NCBI GenBank assembly: GCA_029565465.1
Contig: JAKQOD010000652.1
Location: forward strand, 1-61,119
Direction: 5' to 3'
Length of the DNA stretch: 61,119 bases
Source of the DNA: Deltaproteobacteria bacterium
Lineage (GTDB): Bacteria > Myxococcota_A > Polyangia > Haliangiales > Haliangiaceae
Below are positions 8,848 through 18,596 of the stretch, piece after piece. A program made the position numbers and the translations under genes. The notes under the pieces are model-generated. The model was given only the letters and a program-made list of their open reading frames with translations, did no database searches and was not told where the DNA came from. The stretch's first letter is position 1. Each line of letters starts with the position of its first letter.

Positions 8848-10212
8848 CTACGTCTGACTTGGATCCACCACGCGGCCCATGAACAGCACAAGGCCGGTTT
8901 TTTTGTCGACGATCATGAATAGGAAGGGATGATCGACTTGAAACTCTTTGTCAGGCAGCCGCATGGCGCTCCGGGTGCCCATGACAACCGCGGTTGCGGC
9001 TGCAGCTTCGGTGCCTTTCTCGTCAACTTTGACGAACGCTTTGTGCACCACGGACGTGATGAACAAGCGCTGCTTGGCATCTTTGTTCTTGCTGATGCCT
9101 TCGAAGTTGGCCACTTTTTCGTTGAACGCATCTTTCATTCCGAGTTTGATTAATGCTTCGTTCAACATCAGTGAACCTGTTGGGTTCACTTCAAACTTTG
9201 GCAAACTCAGCGATAGTTCTTCGGCTTTGAGATTCGCATTCCACGTTGCTATCTGCTTGGCTGAAAGCCCGGCTTCGAGGGCGGCAAGGCCATTAACAGC
9301 ATCGGGCAAGATGATCCACATGGCGGTGTCGTCGCCACGATACGGCAATTCGAGCACCGAAGCTTTGCCGCTCTTGGTGGTGCGCAACGTGCCTTGCTGA
9401 TGCATGGTGGCAACGTTTTTGGTCGTGGTTTTGTCGACGATGAACTTTTCGTCTCGGGTTTGTTCGCGCTTAAACGGATTCGCCCAATCGGCCAAAAAGT
9501 AGATTGCGTTTACAAGCACGAGCTTGGTGTTGGTGTCGATCGTGCCGCTGGCCAGCAAGTCTTTGATCCGCGATTCGGTTTGTTTGGCGACCCAGTCGTT
9601 GATGTGGGCGCGTTGCGCTTCAGCGTTCGAGAGAAAGTCCAACTTCTCCAGCGGTGCGCCAAACCCGGCATCCGTTAGGTTGAGAAACGAACGTTCGAAC
9701 GCAAATGACTGCTCGCCGAATAAGCGATTGACCATGCGCAGTTTCAACTTGCGCGACGGGTCTTGCAGGCCGGAGGTCAATCTGCGCCAGCCTGCGGCCA
9801 CCAAATTGGTGGCATCTTGCAAATGCAGGGCAGTGCGCATCTGCGCTTCAGTTTTGCCTTTGGCGCCGCTCCACGTCATTGCCAACGCACCCGTAAGGCT
9901 CGTCGGCGACATAGCGAGGTTGCCACGCGTCGCGCTCTGGGTTTTCCATAGATCGAGCGCAAACGCGTTGCTTGCGGTAGTGAGCCTCGCGGCCGCGGCG
10001 ACGTCATCGATTGGCTCAACCATTTGCCCTGGCACCGGCCGCTCGCCGCCGTGCGGCGGTGGTGGCGCTGGCGCTGGCGTCGGCTTGACCTTAGGCATCA
10101 CAGCAGGAAGTGTTTCCGGGCCAGGCCCAGGCGCCTCGGCGAACACCGAAGGCGCACCCAAAGGCAGACACAACGCACACGCTGTCGCAACGATCGTTCG
10201 AATTGGTTTCAT
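8848..10212 (-). CDS. Serpin (serine protease inhibitor), secreted
   Basis: Start re-picked to the ATG at 10212 (MKPIRTIVATACALCLPLGAPSVFA, a signal peptide). Serpin hallmarks: NAIYFLADW, LELPYRGDDTAMWIILP, hinge/RCL GTEAAAATAVVMGTRSAMRLP, and C-terminal FQVDHPFLFMIVDKKTGLVLFMGRV. Confidence 0.9.
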   Translation of the reverse strand: MKPIRTIVATACALCLPLGAPSVFAEAPGPGPETLPAVMPKVKPTPAPAPPPPHGGERPVPGQMVEPIDDVAAAARLTTASNAFALDLWKTQSATRGNLAMSPTSLTGALAMTWSGAKGKTEAQMRTALHLQDATNLVAAGWRRLTSGLQDPSRKLKLRMVNRLFGEQSFAFERSFLNLTDAGFGAPLEKLDFLSNAEAQRAHINDWVAKQTESRIKDLLASGTIDTNTKLVLVNAIYFLADWANPFKREQTRDEKFIVDKTTTKNVATMHQQGTLRTTKSGKASVLELPYRGDDTAMWIILPDAVNGLAALEAGLSAKQIATWNANLKAEELSLSLPKFEVNPTGSLMLNEALIKLGMKDAFNEKVANFEGISKNKDAKQRLFITSVVHKAFVKVDEKGTEAAAATAVVMGTRSAMRLPDKEFQVDHPFLFMIVDKKTGLVLFMGRVVDPSQT

Positions 10213-10607
10213 GCGCCCATTGTAGCTGCCTCGGTCGCCGGATGCCGGACTAGTGTCCATTTTGTGACTGCGCAAACCATGCTTCGCTTGTTCAGAATTC
10301 CTGGCGTCAGCGCTTTTGCTTTGCTACGGCTTCGAGCTTCTTGCGCAACGCGATGACATCTTTGTTCCCGCGGTGCGATTCGAAATTCATCGCCACGTCT
10401 ATGTAAGCGCGCGCTTCGTCGAGATATCTACGTTTGGCAACAAGTGCTTTGACGAGGTCGAGGTTGAGGCCGCCGGTGTTTAGATGAGCACAGCCAGTAA
10501 CGGCCGCGGCTTTGGTGAGTGCCTCCGGAATCGCGGTCCATTTTTTGGCAGCGATCGCGCTCGTGCGGCAACGCTACACCATTCGTCGCAATAACGCGGC
10601 CGCTGCG

Positions 10608-11471
10608 CTATGGCTCTTCGCACTCGTGCTTGACGCCAGTGAACAATTTTTCAAATTCTTGTTCATCGAACGGCAAGTCTTCGACGAGGGCGTTGACGCA
10701 GTTGTGCCAGCCATAGTTGAGGATACTGGTGCGAGCCTGGTTTGCACCGTCGGGCGTCTTCGAGGCAGCAACAGCTTTTTGATATTCAACGTTGCCGCGC
10801 GGTTTTTCACCAGCGAGCCAAAAATCGATCGCGGCCTGGTCGCCGCCAAGCAACAAGTCGGCAAACTGTTTGCACTGCGGATACGACGGATTAGCTTTCA
10901 ACCGTTGTGGATCAGTGCGGTATTCAATTTCTGAAATCGCCAAGTAGTAGCGCTGCTGGGCGGCATTGAGTTTGGCTGCGCGGTACTGCTCCCATGTGGG
11001 TTCAGCAACGATTTTAAGTTCGGTCACCGTTTTGCGCATCGCTTCGTATTCTTGATCAAGCGCAGCACGCGTGGTTTTACCGTCGAGGATTGGCACATAG
11101 CTCGCCTGCATCAACGCTTCGGTAGCCTTGAGCTCCGCTTCGGTATAGCGCCCGGTGTCATAGATGCCCTTGTAGTCGCAGAGCCCTAAGCCCCAACCGT
11201 ATTTGCCTTTTTTGCCGCTCTTGGCACGCGGCGTTACCGTCGCTGCCACAAACGGCGTCAACACAATCGGCGTGATGACCGCCGCCGTTGAGGTTGGTGG
11301 TGTTGGCGGCGTTGGCCCAGGCGTCGGATCAACGACAGCCGAAGCCGTTCCAGTCGGTCCGGCGCCCGGACCTAAGGTCGAAGGTTTTGCGCTGCCACCA
11401 CATGCGGCCGTGCCCATGATTGCGACGCTAAGCAGCGTGGCGCAGGTTACGAAACGACTCGTGAAATTCAT
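10608..11471 (-). CDS. Lipoprotein, function unknown
   Basis: MNFTSRFVTCATLLSVAIMGTAACGGS (lipobox), then a Pro/Thr-rich linker and a globular C-terminal part. Confidence 0.7.
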   Translation of the reverse strand: MNFTSRFVTCATLLSVAIMGTAACGGSAKPSTLGPGAGPTGTASAVVDPTPGPTPPTPPTSTAAVITPIVLTPFVAATVTPRAKSGKKGKYGWGLGLCDYKGIYDTGRYTEAELKATEALMQASYVPILDGKTTRAALDQEYEAMRKTVTELKIVAEPTWEQYRAAKLNAAQQRYYLAISEIEYRTDPQRLKANPSYPQCKQFADLLLGGDQAAIDFWLAGEKPRGNVEYQKAVAASKTPDGANQARTSILNYGWHNCVNALVEDLPFDEQEFEKLFTGVKHECEEP

Positions 11472-11502
11472 TACCTACACGGTAGCACAACGACTGCGTG
11501 TT

Positions 11503-12897
11503 TTACCGATCCGGCCACACGCGGGCGATCGCACGAGCGAGGTCTGGCCGCGGCCCAATCTGCTGCTTGGTGTTGCCAGTTTGCGCGGTGCCCGTTGCGC
11601 GCAACACGTCACGCATCTGCACGGGCGTCATCGGCGCACCGTGCGCACGTGCCATGCTTTGCAGCAAAATTGCGGCGCCAGCGACGATCGGCGACGCGCT
11701 CGACGTGCCGGAAAACGCGTCGGTGTAATGTCGGTCGCCAGCTTCGCTACATTTTTGCAAATCACCATAATCCAACGTGGCCACGCCGCGGCCCCAGCCT
11801 TGCACATCAACCCGAGCGCCGTAGTTGGAGAAATCCAGCCGCGCACGGTCGGTAAATCCTTTGCGTGCAGGCCCACCGGCACCGACGACGATCGCGCCTG
11901 AGTCGCGCACGCGGCGATCGAATTTACCGCCATACGCTTTGTGTTCAAGATTTTCGCCGCCGTTGCCAGCCGCTTCGATCACGATCACGCCACGATCCGT
12001 TGCGGCGCGAATCACATCGTAAATGTCGTCCCAATATTCAACTGCAATGTAGTTGCGGCGCGGCCCCGCACCTTGCAGCTCAATCAACAGCACGTCGCCA
12101 GGTCGCAAAGCCATCTGCGCTGCGTTGATCGCATCGGCCACCGACGTGCCACCGATCGACGACGTGAACACGCGATCAACATCAGGCGCAATGCCAACGA
12201 CCCCTTTGCCATTGTCGACACCCACCACTTCGCCGAGCACGGCAGTGCCATGCGCGCGCCAACCGCGATCGTCGATGCGTTCGCCACCGACGTGCGTGAT
12301 GCGTTTCCCGTCGAGATCTTCGTGTGCTGGATTCCAATTGCCTTCGATATCGGCAAACCACACGCCAGCCCCACGCGAACCGCGTTGCCACGCAGCAGCC
12401 GCATCAATACCACCTGGCGCTGGAGCCAAATATCCTTGATACGACTCATACGATGGGGTTGCGATTGGACAACTTTCGCGTTGAACATCGCCGCCCATCG
12501 CATTCGGCACCGTCACAGCAAGCGCGATCGTCGGCGCCACAAATGCAGTCTCGACGGCAGGATCGGCCAGCAATGCCGCAACCATAGCCTCAGCTTCGTC
12601 AGCCGATGCATGCGTAACACGCCACCGTGCCCGTGCGTCGTGGACGTTGGCCGCAAGATGCAGCAACGGTGCGGTAGCTGCTAACAGCCCTATCGGCGAG
12701 CTTTCGCTCCGTAGTTTAAGATGAATTTCGACGCCATGCTGCATGACTGGACCGCTCGTCGGAGCATGTGCCGGCCCAGCTTGCTGCGGGCCAGCGGTGC
12801 GTGGCACCAATGTTAGCCCGACGCTGATGACCCCAACGGTTGCCATCATGAATCGCGGCAGCCATGGTGTCACCGCAAGCATTGTCGATTGTTTCAT
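11503..12897 (-). CDS. Secreted S8-family (subtilisin-like) serine peptidase
   Basis: Start re-picked to the ATG at 12897 (MKQSTMLAVTPW...). Catalytic-triad contexts: WFADIEGNW (Asp), HGTAVLGEVVG (His), GTSSASPIVAGAAILL (Ser). Confidence 0.85.
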   Translation of the reverse strand: MKQSTMLAVTPWLPRFMMATVGVISVGLTLVPRTAGPQQAGPAHAPTSGPVMQHGVEIHLKLRSESSPIGLLAATAPLLHLAANVHDARARWRVTHASADEAEAMVAALLADPAVETAFVAPTIALAVTVPNAMGGDVQRESCPIATPSYESYQGYLAPAPGGIDAAAAWQRGSRGAGVWFADIEGNWNPAHEDLDGKRITHVGGERIDDRGWRAHGTAVLGEVVGVDNGKGVVGIAPDVDRVFTSSIGGTSVADAINAAQMALRPGDVLLIELQGAGPRRNYIAVEYWDDIYDVIRAATDRGVIVIEAAGNGGENLEHKAYGGKFDRRVRDSGAIVVGAGGPARKGFTDRARLDFSNYGARVDVQGWGRGVATLDYGDLQKCSEAGDRHYTDAFSGTSSASPIVAGAAILLQSMARAHGAPMTPVQMRDVLRATGTAQTGNTKQQIGPRPDLARAIARVWPDR

Positions 12898-13164
12898 CAA
12901 CGTTAAGCGTAGCACGGCGGCCGCCGCGCATTGCCGGCAGCAAAGTTGGACACGCTCCGTTTTTTTGTGACATGGCGGCCGGCGCTCACACAACAAATTA
13001 TGAACAACCAACTTTTTGTTCGAGTACCGCGGTTGCCACTACCGAAGGCCAAAACTCGCAGCCAGCAATCCAGCCTAACCGCCCGCAATCATTCCAGAAC
13101 TACAACACATCATCGTCCACGATTAATTTGCGACTTTGCTCCCGCCATTGTGACTACCGAATAC

Positions 13165-14193
13165 ATGGACCAGCAAAGCCTAGCTTCCGAGGATGCGCAG
13201 CCGCCCGCCCCCGGCCTACATTCGGTCGCATGCTTCACGGTGGCGCATGCCGCCCACCGAATCGTTGCCAGACTTGGCCACAACGTGGCCGTGCCACGCG
13301 AATTCACGTCGACCGCGGCCGCAGCGTTTTGGCAAACTGCGGCGCAAGCTGTAGGTGAAGAACTCGCCATCATCATCGCACAGGACTTGCCGCTCGGTTC
13401 GTTCGGCCGAGCTGGCTACCACACCATCAGCGTAGCCACGCTTGGCCAAGCGCTTAATCTACTCGGCAGACAATACATTTCGCAGATGGCGGCCGGCCTA
13501 GCGTTGCACGTGATTCCGGTTTCGAAAGACGCCGTCGACATTGTGGTGCGTAGCGTCGGTGCGTCGTGGTTGTCCGTGCATCTCGAAGAACTAGCCATCG
13601 CTGTGTTGCACCACCAGTTGTTAAACCTTGCGGCGCGTGTCAGCGCCGAACAAGTGACGTTGCGCCGTTCCGCGCCCACGCGCGTGTTGACCTCGCGCTG
13701 GCGCTCGCTGTTTGGCCTGCTGCCAACGTTTGGCCACCACCAGTCGGCGATCCGAATCACCAATGCAGCGCTGCTTGCGCCGTTGCGCACCGCCGATCCT
13801 GACGTTGCGCGGCGCATGTGCGACGACCAACAAAGCGAGAGCTCGCACCTACGGCAACGCGTATGCGGTCTTGTGCGAGCTCGTTTACAAAATCCTCCTA
13901 ACGGCAACGAGCTGGCCGCAGCGCTGCGCCTGACGCCGCGTACCTTGCAACGCCGTTTGCAGCACGACCAAACGTCGATCCGCGATTTGATTTCGCAAAC
14001 GCGCATCGAGGTGGCGTGTGACATGCTGAGCAACACTAGCGTCGCCATTCAAGACGTCGCCGTTGTCGTCGGGTTTGCGCAACCCGCGTCGTTTACGCGC
14101 GCATTTGTTGCAGCCACGGGGCAAACGCCACAGGGCTATCGTAAACGGTGGCCAAGCAGCAGCACCGCGCCGGCAAGTTCGCATGCTGTATGA
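13165..14193 (+). CDS. AraC-family transcriptional regulator
   Basis: Start re-picked to the ATG at 13165. The C-terminal HTH pair (LAAALRLTPRTLQRRL ... IQDVAVVVGFAQPASFTRAFVAATGQTPQGYRK) is the AraC/XylS signature. Confidence 0.85.
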   Translation: MDQQSLASEDAQPPAPGLHSVACFTVAHAAHRIVARLGHNVAVPREFTSTAAAAFWQTAAQAVGEELAIIIAQDLPLGSFGRAGYHTISVATLGQALNLLGRQYISQMAAGLALHVIPVSKDAVDIVVRSVGASWLSVHLEELAIAVLHHQLLNLAARVSAEQVTLRRSAPTRVLTSRWRSLFGLLPTFGHHQSAIRITNAALLAPLRTADPDVARRMCDDQQSESSHLRQRVCGLVRARLQNPPNGNELAAALRLTPRTLQRRLQHDQTSIRDLISQTRIEVACDMLSNTSVAIQDVAVVVGFAQPASFTRAFVAATGQTPQGYRKRWPSSSTAPASSHAV

Positions 14194-14283
14194 GTTAGGC
14201 TGCACAGGGTGGGTGATGTGCACACATGCGCTCGGCAGCCAATCCGCTCACGAGCACCATGACTGACATGATATTTTGGAGCC

Positions 14284-16716
14284 ATGCGGATCTGGGCACT
14301 GTTGCTAGTGGGTTTTTGTGGATGTGTACGCTCGCAACTCGGCACGTGTGATGACGTGCTGTGCCCGACCGACCTGGTCTGTGTGCCCACCACCAACCGT
14401 TGCGAAAACGCCAATAACGTTGCGGCTTGCCAAGCGCAAGCAGCCAACACCGCGTGTGTTTCAGAAACGGTTAGCGACGGCATCTGCATTGATGCCGTAT
14501 GTCGGCCACGTGGCTGCGGCAACGGCGTTATCGAAGCCGACGAAGTTTGCGACGACGGCAACACCAACTCCGACGATGGCTGTGCCGCCGATTGCCGTTC
14601 GGACGAGCGCTGCGGCAACGGCGTGCTTGACCACGGCGAATATTGCGATTGTGGCGATAGCGCTGCGGCGCGCCCCGCTGGCTGCGTTGGCGCAAACTCC
14701 GACGACGTGGGCGCCCAATGTGACACCCGCTGCACCCGTTACTGTGGCGACGGCGCGATCACCGGCAGCGAAGATTGCGAACGCAATGTCGCCAGCACCA
14801 GCACATGTGCCGACTTTGGCTTTTATGCTGGCGAGTTGTCGTGCAGCCCGAGCTGTCGTTTTGAAACCGCGACGTGTGCCGGCCGCTGCGGAGATGGCGT
14901 TGTGCAGATCGACAACGGTGAAGAATGTGACCAAAACATACCCGACCAATCCTGCGTCGCGGTTGGGTTCGACTACGGTGCCATCGAATGCAACCCCCGT
15001 TGCTACGCCGACATCGCTTCGTTCTGCAAACGATTTGGCTGGCAACGGTTAGGCAACGGCTCAATCGATAACTTTTGGGCCTTCGGCTCGCGTCGCGTAA
15101 TGTACGACGAAGTGCATAGCATGCTCACCGTGCATGCCAACGGCACGGATGAGGTCAGCGCCGGCGCACTGCAGATGGCACGCAACCAAAGCGCTGCAGT
15201 GGTTGCTACCGCAACAACGTTTCGCGTCTTCGATGCGGCTGGAGAGCATCCAGTTGCGATACCACCTAGCCTAGTTGGCTCGATCTACGAGGTCGCAATC
15301 GACAGCGCAAGCCGCGTGTCGGCGGTAGACAATGCGTGCGTACTGTATCGCCAAAACGGCGCAACCTGGACGACGTGGACGATCACTGCACCTGATTCGC
15401 CTGAACCAGCACCGCGCTTGCTTGGTTGTCGGGGCTTGGCCGCCGTGGGGCCCGATGATTTCGTCGTTGCCGCCGGCAGCCAAATCGTCGCCGTTCACAC
15501 CGGAGCCGAAGGCCCCGTCGCAAGCAGCCTGATCCTTGCTGGCACGGCCCCTCAAGTTGGGAATGTTGCAAGCGATGGTTCGGTGATGGTGGCTGCGTAT
15601 GACAGTGGCCCAGGCCCTAACTTCTATGCATACCGAGCCGGGCAGCTATCACAAGTTGCGTTCTTTACTTCCGCATCCGCGGCCAGCATCGAGGTTGTTG
15701 CGGGCCGCCGCCTGTTTGCCACAACCGAAAACGGCTTCGAAGGTGGCGTCTTAGCGTTGCTGCGAATCTTCGACGGTGATCAAACCTGGCAGCTCAACGC
15801 ACCGCTGTCGATTCGGCTATTTTTGGCAGCTGACCAGAAGCTTTATGGCTATGGCAACGGGTTGTATGAAGCCGAGGAATTCATCGCGAGTGAGTCCTAT
15901 TTTTTCAGCGAGCGTTCGGTACAGGGCCTCGCGTTGGGCTCGCACAACGAAGTTTACGTGGGCCTTGATGACTACGCGTTTGGCATTCCAACCCCAAGTC
16001 CGATCACAGGGCTCGCAGCACGCGGCGATCAGCGCTTCGTGATTAGCAATGGCCTCTTGGAGCACACGACGGCCAGCCCCCAGTGGCTTCCCGTGGCAGG
16101 GGTGCCAACTGATGTGTCGATGGTTCGACGTTCCAGCTCCAACCAAGTGTTTGCGGCAAATCGGTTGGCACTTTACATCTCAGAAACCGAAGGCGCGGCA
16201 TTCATTTCGAATCGGCTGACCGCAGTGAGCGGCTGCTCGTCAACCCTGTGGGTCGAAGGTGCCGATTGGTACAACGTGTGGCAATGTCCAACATCAGTCG
16301 TTGTCCAAAAACACGTCAGCAACCGGTGGCAAACAATCGACACGGTGCCACGAACAGCCAACGACCAAGTCTCCTCAACGCAAGCGCCCGACGGCACGCT
16401 GCTGGTCCTAGCTGGACAGCAAATCTTTCGTTATGACCAAAGCGGAAGCGACCACTTCGACGCTCCAGCGATGGGCATCATCTCAGCACGCTCACGCGAC
16501 GAAGTATTTCTGTTGCCGCATCGCAACCAGTTTGAGGATGATGCACTTTGGCGATGGCAGCAGGCACGCTGGACTCCGATTGACATCGATCGTCATGAGA
16601 TCGCCGAACGCGACTACCTGCTTGCAACGCCGCTCGAAGTTGTGGTGGGCTCAGCGGTGTCAGGGCAATTCATTTTTCCCTCACAAGTAATTCGTTTGTT
16701 TCGCAGCAATCTGTGA
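14284..16716 (+). CDS. Large secreted/lipoprotein with an N-terminal cysteine-rich repeat region and a repeat-propeller-like C-terminal part
   Basis: MRIWALLLVGFCGCV (lipobox-like). Residues ~20-248 (nt ~14341-15027) contain CGNGVIEADEVCDDGNTNSDDGCAADC, CGNGVLDHGEYCDCGD, CGDGAITGSEDCE and CGDGVVQIDNGEECD. The remainder is Gly/Ser/Ala/Val-rich and beta-rich. Confidence 0.8.
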   Translation: MRIWALLLVGFCGCVRSQLGTCDDVLCPTDLVCVPTTNRCENANNVAACQAQAANTACVSETVSDGICIDAVCRPRGCGNGVIEADEVCDDGNTNSDDGCAADCRSDERCGNGVLDHGEYCDCGDSAAARPAGCVGANSDDVGAQCDTRCTRYCGDGAITGSEDCERNVASTSTCADFGFYAGELSCSPSCRFETATCAGRCGDGVVQIDNGEECDQNIPDQSCVAVGFDYGAIECNPRCYADIASFCKRFGWQRLGNGSIDNFWAFGSRRVMYDEVHSMLTVHANGTDEVSAGALQMARNQSAAVVATATTFRVFDAAGEHPVAIPPSLVGSIYEVAIDSASRVSAVDNACVLYRQNGATWTTWTITAPDSPEPAPRLLGCRGLAAVGPDDFVVAAGSQIVAVHTGAEGPVASSLILAGTAPQVGNVASDGSVMVAAYDSGPGPNFYAYRAGQLSQVAFFTSASAASIEVVAGRRLFATTENGFEGGVLALLRIFDGDQTWQLNAPLSIRLFLAADQKLYGYGNGLYEAEEFIASESYFFSERSVQGLALGSHNEVYVGLDDYAFGIPTPSPITGLAARGDQRFVISNGLLEHTTASPQWLPVAGVPTDVSMVRRSSSNQVFAANRLALYISETEGAAFISNRLTAVSGCSSTLWVEGADWYNVWQCPTSVVVQKHVSNRWQTIDTVPRTANDQVSSTQAPDGTLLVLAGQQIFRYDQSGSDHFDAPAMGIISARSRDEVFLLPHRNQFEDDALWRWQQARWTPIDIDRHEIAERDYLLATPLEVVVGSAVSGQFIFPSQVIRLFRSNL

Positions 16717-16760
16717 CGCACACCTAGCCTAACGCGCGTCCGCGCGGTATCAGCGCTGCG

Positions 16761-17699
16761 ATGTCAGCGCCCAAACGCTCGTGGTTTCTGTGGGTCAAGC
16801 TGATCGGCACGGCCATTGGCGTCGCGTACATCGCGCGGTTGATCAACTTCGCGCAGTTGCGCGCCGTTATCGCAGGTATGTCCGCATGGACGGTTGTGGG
16901 TGCAATCACTGCTGTATTTGGCGGCCTCGTCGTTGGTGCGTTGCGCTGGCGCATCTTGTTGCACGCGTACGGCGCCGACAAACCGTTGCCGTTTGCTACC
17001 GCGTTGCGCCTAACGCTGATTGCGACGTTTTACAACAACTACGTACCCGGCGGCGTCACTGGCGATTTGCTGCGCGGCGTTGCGACCCGCGAATGCTTCG
17101 TCAATACCGGCACCACCAGCGCGATTGCAGTGGTCTTGGTCGAGCGCGCATTGGGGCTGTTCTCTGTCTTTGCGCTAGTTGGCCTTGGGCTCTTGTTCGC
17201 ACGCGGCACGGCAGTCAACACCGACGGCATTGTGGTGTGGGTTGCGATCGGCATGGTCGGCGCCACTTGTTGCGTCGCAGCGTTGCCGTTTGCACGGCTG
17301 ATCGGGCCCAAGCTGCCAGCGCCGTTGGCAAAGATCGCTGCGCGGTTGCCTGCCGTCTCATCGCTGCCGGGTTTTGCTGCCGCCGTCGGACTTTCGCTCA
17401 TGAGCCAGCTCGCCGTTGCCATCGCCGGCTGGATCATCCTGCGCGATATCGCACCCGTCGCAACATTTCGCGGTGCCCTGCTCGTGGTGCCGCTTGCCGC
17501 CGCGACGGCTTACTTGCCGATTACGGTTGGCGGCACCGGCGCTCGCGAAGCCGTATTTGCCTCGATGTGCACTGGCTTGTTTGCCATGACCAACGATCAA
17601 AGCGTTGGCGCTTCGCTTGTGCTTTGGATTTCGATTCTCACGGTTGGCGCTATCGGCGGCCTATTGCAGCTCACCGGCCGCAAAGACGATATTGCCTAG
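16761..17699 (+). CDS. Integral membrane protein, UPF0104 / lysyl-phosphatidylglycerol-synthase transmembrane-region (flippase-like) family
   Basis: Multiple TM segments. YNNYVPGGVTGDLLRG is the motif characteristic of this family. Confidence 0.7.
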   Translation: MSAPKRSWFLWVKLIGTAIGVAYIARLINFAQLRAVIAGMSAWTVVGAITAVFGGLVVGALRWRILLHAYGADKPLPFATALRLTLIATFYNNYVPGGVTGDLLRGVATRECFVNTGTTSAIAVVLVERALGLFSVFALVGLGLLFARGTAVNTDGIVVWVAIGMVGATCCVAALPFARLIGPKLPAPLAKIAARLPAVSSLPGFAAAVGLSLMSQLAVAIAGWIILRDIAPVATFRGALLVVPLAAATAYLPITVGGTGAREAVFASMCTGLFAMTNDQSVGASLVLWISILTVGAIGGLLQLTGRKDDIA

Positions 17700-17808
17700 C
17701 CGCCACGAATCAATTTTCACAACAGCAAACAGCTGGTCGCCACCGGTGAGCACCGCGTAACGGCCATCGAATGAAAGCGCAGTTTCGCACGCCGCCGCGT
17801 TTAGGCAA

Positions 17809-18423
17809 TTACATGTGTCCCGGCGCTGGCAATGCAATCGGCACGGTCGGCTGCGCAAGGTCCGGTGCAGTGGGCACCGCTGGCTTTGGCGCGGCACTCG
17901 GCGCTGGCGCGGCACTCGGCGCTGGCGCGGCACCCGACGGCGCGGCGGCCACCACATAGCTATGCGTAATCTGAAAAATATCTTCTACCAACCGATCGGT
18001 TTTGCCATTGATCCAAGGCAACCAATCGGCACGGCTAGGATCCAGCGGCGTCAGCTTGACGGCATTGGCATCATGCATAAACGCGATCGGCGCAACCACG
18101 ATACGGCTACCTTCGGCTTCATCACCCGCAGTGACGGCGAACGCAAGCTTGACGCTGCCTGGATGATGCGAATCATGGCGCAGCTGCGAACGCAAACCCT
18201 CCGGCGTGTACCAATGTGCTTCCGTAATAAACGTAGGCTCATTGTTCGGCCGCCACACCACCACGCGGTTTGGCGATTTGAGTGCGCGTGCCACCAATTC
18301 CAAAATATCGTCGGCAGCAAGCCTGTAATGTGCGCTGCGCATAACCGCTAACTCGCGCTGCGACGCGCCGCAACCAAGCAACGCCAGCGCCATCATCAAA
18401 CCCATCCACAACCTGTTTCGCAT
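17809..18423 (-). CDS. Lipoprotein with a C-terminal Ala/Pro/Ser hexapeptide repeat
   Basis: MRNRLWMGLMMALALLGCGASQ (lipobox). The C-terminus reads ...AAAPSGAAPAPSAAPAPSAAPKPAVP. Confidence 0.7.
   Translation of the reverse strand: MRNRLWMGLMMALALLGCGASQRELAVMRSAHYRLAADDILELVARALKSPNRVVVWRPNNEPTFITEAHWYTPEGLRSQLRHDSHHPGSVKLAFAVTAGDEAEGSRIVVAPIAFMHDANAVKLTPLDPSRADWLPWINGKTDRLVEDIFQITHSYVVAAAPSGAAPAPSAAPAPSAAPKPAVPTAPDLAQPTVPIALPAPGHM
17888..17941. repeat. 18-bp tandem repeat, ~2.7 copies, in-frame in the lipoprotein gene
   Basis: GGCGCGGCACTCGGCGCT occurs at 17888-17905 and 17906-17923, with a degenerate third copy at 17924-17941. It encodes the (SAAPAP)n repeat on the minus strand. Confidence 0.8.
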
Positions 18424-18596
18424 GCGCGAAAACTAGAGCTCGCAGCCGCCAAAAACAATCCGTAACATTCTAATCCAGTCACGTGGTTGACAGGGAGTGA
18501 CCAAGTTTCACCACAAACGTTCACCACGAATAAGGGAAAACCTTTACATAACATGCACCTAGCAAATGGTCCGACCTTTGCAAATTCCAGCAGCAT

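Noticed and set aside
10290-10607. Minus-strand open frame downstream of the 10608-11471 lipoprotein gene (…KKWTAIPEALTKAAAVTGCAHLNTGG…RRYLDEARAYIDVAMNFESHRGNKDVIALRKKLEAVAKQKR*)
   Set aside because: A TAG bounds it upstream and the only in-frame ATG leaves 27 aa. No usable start is present, so it may be a decayed gene.
16781-17749. 322-aa alternative-frame ORF overlapping the UPF0104 membrane protein gene
   Set aside because: The translation is Arg-rich and typical of an off-frame read of a GC-rich gene. The 16761-17699 frame gives clean TM helices and the family motif.
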